Below, piece by piece: positions 29,213 to 32,109 of a DNA stretch of 32,109 nt. The stretch's first letter is position 1. Each line of letters opens with the position of its first letter. Location: positions 1 to 32,109 of the forward strand of contig RDOE01000038.1 in NCBI GenBank assembly GCA_011364975.1. The letters are read 5' to 3'. The notes under the pieces were generated by a model. It was not told where the DNA came from and did not search any database. It worked only from the letters and a program-made list of their open reading frames with translations. Made by a program: the position numbers and the translations under genes. Source of the DNA: Promethearchaeota archaeon (GTDB taxonomy: Archaea; Asgardarchaeota; Lokiarchaeia; Sigyniarchaeales; SOKP01).

Positions 29213-30061
29213 ATGATATCCGTAATTGTTGAAAAATTGGAGAGGAAATCAGTATCGATTTATAGAATGGCTACTTTAGACTTACAAAAAAACCCATTTA
29301 TGTGGGTTTCTGCTTATTTAATAGACGGGCTTTTGATAGATGCTGGGCATCATCATGCTAAGTATGAGTTTCTAAACTGTTTAAATTTTGATGAAATTGA
29401 ATATTGTGTAGTTTCTCATCATCATGAAGATCACTACGGAGCGGTTTATGACCTAATTCATGAATATAATGTTCCTACATTTTCTAATAAAGAAACTGCA
29501 TTTCTTATAAGAAATCAGATTAAAATACCACCTGAAAGGAATCTGGTATGGGGCATTCCGAAACCCTGTAGTATAAAACAACTTGATCAATCAGACGAAA
29601 TTCTTACTACTAAGGCTAAGTTCAAAATATTACCCTCTCCTGGTCATTGCAAGAATCTAATTTCATTATATCATGAAAAGAAAAAATTATTATTTTCTAC
29701 AGATGCTTTTATAAACAACCGCCAAAGTGTAATTTTTAATTGGGAAGATGCTAATAGGATGCTAGATACTCTCAAAATGTTCTTAAAATTAAATTTTAAA
29801 TATCTCTTCTTAGAAGATGGTTCTATAGCCACTATGGATGATGTTCATCAACTTATACATTATTGGAGTTATATCAAACTTAAAAGCCAAAATCTCTATA
29901 GAAATGAAATTTCAACTAAAGAAATTGTGAAACAAATATTTGGAAAAGAAAGTATTTTGAAAAAAATGACTGGAGGAGATATGTCCCGTGAAAATTTAAT
30001 ACGTTCACTTTTAAACTTAAATCCCATTGATCCAAGGAAGAACCGTAAAACAAAAAAATAG
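29213..30061 (+). CDS. Metallo-beta-lactamase-fold hydrolase
   Basis: LIDAG, SHHHEDHYG, PGH and FSTD motifs. Confidence 0.9.
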   Translation: MISVIVEKLERKSVSIYRMATLDLQKNPFMWVSAYLIDGLLIDAGHHHAKYEFLNCLNFDEIEYCVVSHHHEDHYGAVYDLIHEYNVPTFSNKETAFLIRNQIKIPPERNLVWGIPKPCSIKQLDQSDEILTTKAKFKILPSPGHCKNLISLYHEKKKLLFSTDAFINNRQSVIFNWEDANRMLDTLKMFLKLNFKYLFLEDGSIATMDDVHQLIHYWSYIKLKSQNLYRNEISTKEIVKQIFGKESILKKMTGGDMSRENLIRSLLNLNPIDPRKNRKTKK

Positions 30062-30093
30062 CATTAGCAAAAAAACATTAAATTATAGGCAAA

Positions 30094-31128
30094 TTATACC
30101 ACTACAACCCAGTTAAATTCATCTTCAATTTCTAGTCTCTGAATTCCAGTAAGTAGTTCGTAAAGTTTACGCGTATATTGACCAGGTTCTCCTCCACTAA
30201 AAACTTTTTTTTGTTGTTCAATTGAAACAGACTTAATAGGCGTTATAACTGCCGCAGTTCCTGTACAAAATACTTCTATGCAACCATCATCAAATAATTC
30301 TTTATAAGATACATCTCTTTCTTCAATCACCATCCCAAGTTTTTTTGCTGCTAATTCTATTACTGACATTCGAGTAATTCCTGGTAATATAGTTCCAGAA
30401 GTTAGGGGGGTCACAAGTTTATCCTCAATCACCGCAAAAAAATTAGCAGTCCCAACTTCTTCTATGTATTCTTTATTCACAGCATCTAAAAAAATAACTT
30501 GAGAAAAACCTTTTTCTTTAGTCAATTTAGCAGCTAACATAGAACCTGCATAATTACTTCCTGTTTTTGCATATCCAGTTCCTCCCGGCGCTGCTCGCGT
30601 ATATTCTTTGGTTATTTCCAGATCAATACCCATGAAACCTTGAGGAAAGTAAGGTCCTACAGGTACTGTGAAAATTATTACTTTATATTCTTTAGCAGGT
30701 TTTACCCCCAAGATAGGTCCACTTCCAATCATTAAGGGTCTAATATAAAGGGCTCCCCCGGTATCATAGGGTGGAATATATTCTTTATTAGCTATTACCA
30801 CTTGCTTTATTGCCTGTACAAATCGATGTGTGTCATAGGTTGGCATTAAAAGTCGTTCTGCACTTTTATTAAACCTTTTTGCATTCTCTTCAGGTCTAAA
30901 TAGAGTTATGTCTCCTTTTTTAGTTGACAAGGCTTTCATTCCCTCGAAAATTTCCTGCCCATAATTTAACACGCAAGCAGCTGGAGAAATTTCAATATTA
31001 CCAAAAGGAACAAGTTTTCCTTGATCCCATTTATCATTTTTATAATCGGAAATGAACATAGCTTTTGTTTCAATAAAATCAAAACCTAAAGAGTAATAAT
31101 CAATATCCTTTGCATCCACATTTATCAC
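30094..31128 (-). CDS. ilvE: Branched-chain amino acid aminotransferase (class IV PLP)
   Basis: LNYGQEIFEGMKA, LFRP..N..R, LYIRP, AKTGSNY (PLP Lys), EEVGTANFF, ILPGITR and GTAAVITP. Confidence 0.95.
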   Translation of the reverse strand: MINVDAKDIDYYSLGFDFIETKAMFISDYKNDKWDQGKLVPFGNIEISPAACVLNYGQEIFEGMKALSTKKGDITLFRPEENAKRFNKSAERLLMPTYDTHRFVQAIKQVVIANKEYIPPYDTGGALYIRPLMIGSGPILGVKPAKEYKVIIFTVPVGPYFPQGFMGIDLEITKEYTRAAPGGTGYAKTGSNYAGSMLAAKLTKEKGFSQVIFLDAVNKEYIEEVGTANFFAVIEDKLVTPLTSGTILPGITRMSVIELAAKKLGMVIEERDVSYKELFDDGCIEVFCTGTAAVITPIKSVSIEQQKKVFSGGEPGQYTRKLYELLTGIQRLEIEDEFNWVVVV

Positions 31129-31324
31129 GTACTAGAACCTTTTTTCAGAATTAATTAATGATTTGTTTCCTAAAAAATCTTATTGAATTTATTTAGGTGA
31201 TAATTCTTTCTCCTTATGAAATGTAAAGTTTTACTAAATCCATAAAAATAAATAAAAAAAAACTATTATATTGTTAATTTTTATAAAGAAAGTTTATTCT
31301 AAAAATAATTGATCTCTATAAGCC

Positions 31325-32109
31325 ATGTCTACTAAATTACATGATGATTTTGAATATAAAATCGTTATTGCCGGGTTAGATAACGCTGGGAAAACAAGCG
31401 CTTTAATCGCATTACGCATGAAGTACAACTTTTATGAACGTGTTAAAGATTTAAAACCCACGATAAAAATTGATTATAATTCGTTTAAATTTCTTAAGAC
31501 ATATCATATTAATCTTTGGGATATGGGAGGTCAAAAAAAATTCCGAGAAATCTATTTAACTAATCCAATTTATTTTAGTGAGACGAATTTTATCTATTAT
31601 CTTATTGATATTCAAGATGATTTAAAATTTGAGGAATCAGTACAATATCTTCATAAATTATTAGAAATTTACAGAGATTTAGGATATTCTAATGAGATAA
31701 TTGTTTGTTTTAGTAAATATGATCCAAAATACCGCAATAATGAGGAATATCTTGAGAGAAAAAAAATGCTTGAAAATCTAATTCTATCCCAAAACAAGGA
31801 TATGAAATTTAGATTTTTTAATATTTCTTATTATGATATTTCCTCTATTTCAAAAGCAATGTCCTATTCTTTAAGTAGATTATTGAAACTAGATAAATTA
31901 AATGATTTTTTAACAAGTTTAATTACAGATTTTGAGTGTAACTATGCAATTCTTTATACAGACTCTGGATTGATAATAGCAGATGATTATAAAAATATAA
32001 TGGATATCAAAACATTTGAAGAGACTATTAGTGGAAAAATAAATGATGATCTTGAATTTTTCCAAAGATTAGTAGATGAAGGAGTAGATATAAATGAACG
32101 TAGCACAAT
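31325..32109 (+). CDS. Arf/Rag-like small GTPase with a C-terminal roadblock/longin-like domain, 3'-truncated by the window edge (not in the ORF track)
   Basis: Translated by hand: MSTKLHDDFEYKIVIAGLDNAGKTS...KPTIKI...WDMGGQKKFR...CFSKYDP...AILYTDSGLIIAD. The frame stays open to the window end. Confidence 0.85.
   Translation, partial: MSTKLHDDFEYKIVIAGLDNAGKTSALIALRMKYNFYERVKDLKPTIKIDYNSFKFLKTYHINLWDMGGQKKFREIYLTNPIYFSETNFIYYLIDIQDDLKFEESVQYLHKLLEIYRDLGYSNEIIVCFSKYDPKYRNNEEYLERKKMLENLILSQNKDMKFRFFNISYYDISSISKAMSYSLSRLLKLDKLNDFLTSLITDFECNYAILYTDSGLIIADDYKNIMDIKTFEETISGKINDDLEFFQRLVDEGVDINERST

Overview
AT-rich archaeal chromosomal segment, most likely Asgard (Lokiarchaeia-like). The assignment is inferred from an archaeal 23S rRNA with very large expansion segments, archaeal housekeeping genes (aRF1, phosphopantothenate synthetase, TtuA/Ncs6, GET3/ArsA) and several eukaryotic-signature-type genes (Rab-like GTPase, Arf/Rag-like GTPase with a possible roadblock domain, longin-like protein, AN1 zinc finger). 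Layout: housekeeping block (1-8.3 kb); a stand-alone ~3.35-kb 23S rRNA gene with a canonical bulge-helix-bulge processing stem and no adjacent 16S, 5S or tRNA (9.0-12.8 kb); an accessory block of peptidases, hydrolases and small proteins (13-25 kb); an ESP-rich block (25.7-32.1 kb). The most striking unexplained signal is a set of four minus-strand micro-ORFs too short for the ORF track: MPADTGGTVP, MSISSGGIIP, MEVNGGSIIP and MQGPGVIP. All have a Gly pair followed by a C-terminal (I/V)-Pro-stop, and three carry a GGTGA ribosome-binding site. They lie near a DUF885-type metallopeptidase, an alpha/beta hydrolase, a secreted C45 Ntn-hydrolase and a GGQ-less aRF1 paralog. This is a candidate undescribed micropeptide system (signalling, RiPP-like or ribosome arrest). 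All calls come from motif recognition by eye; no searches were run.
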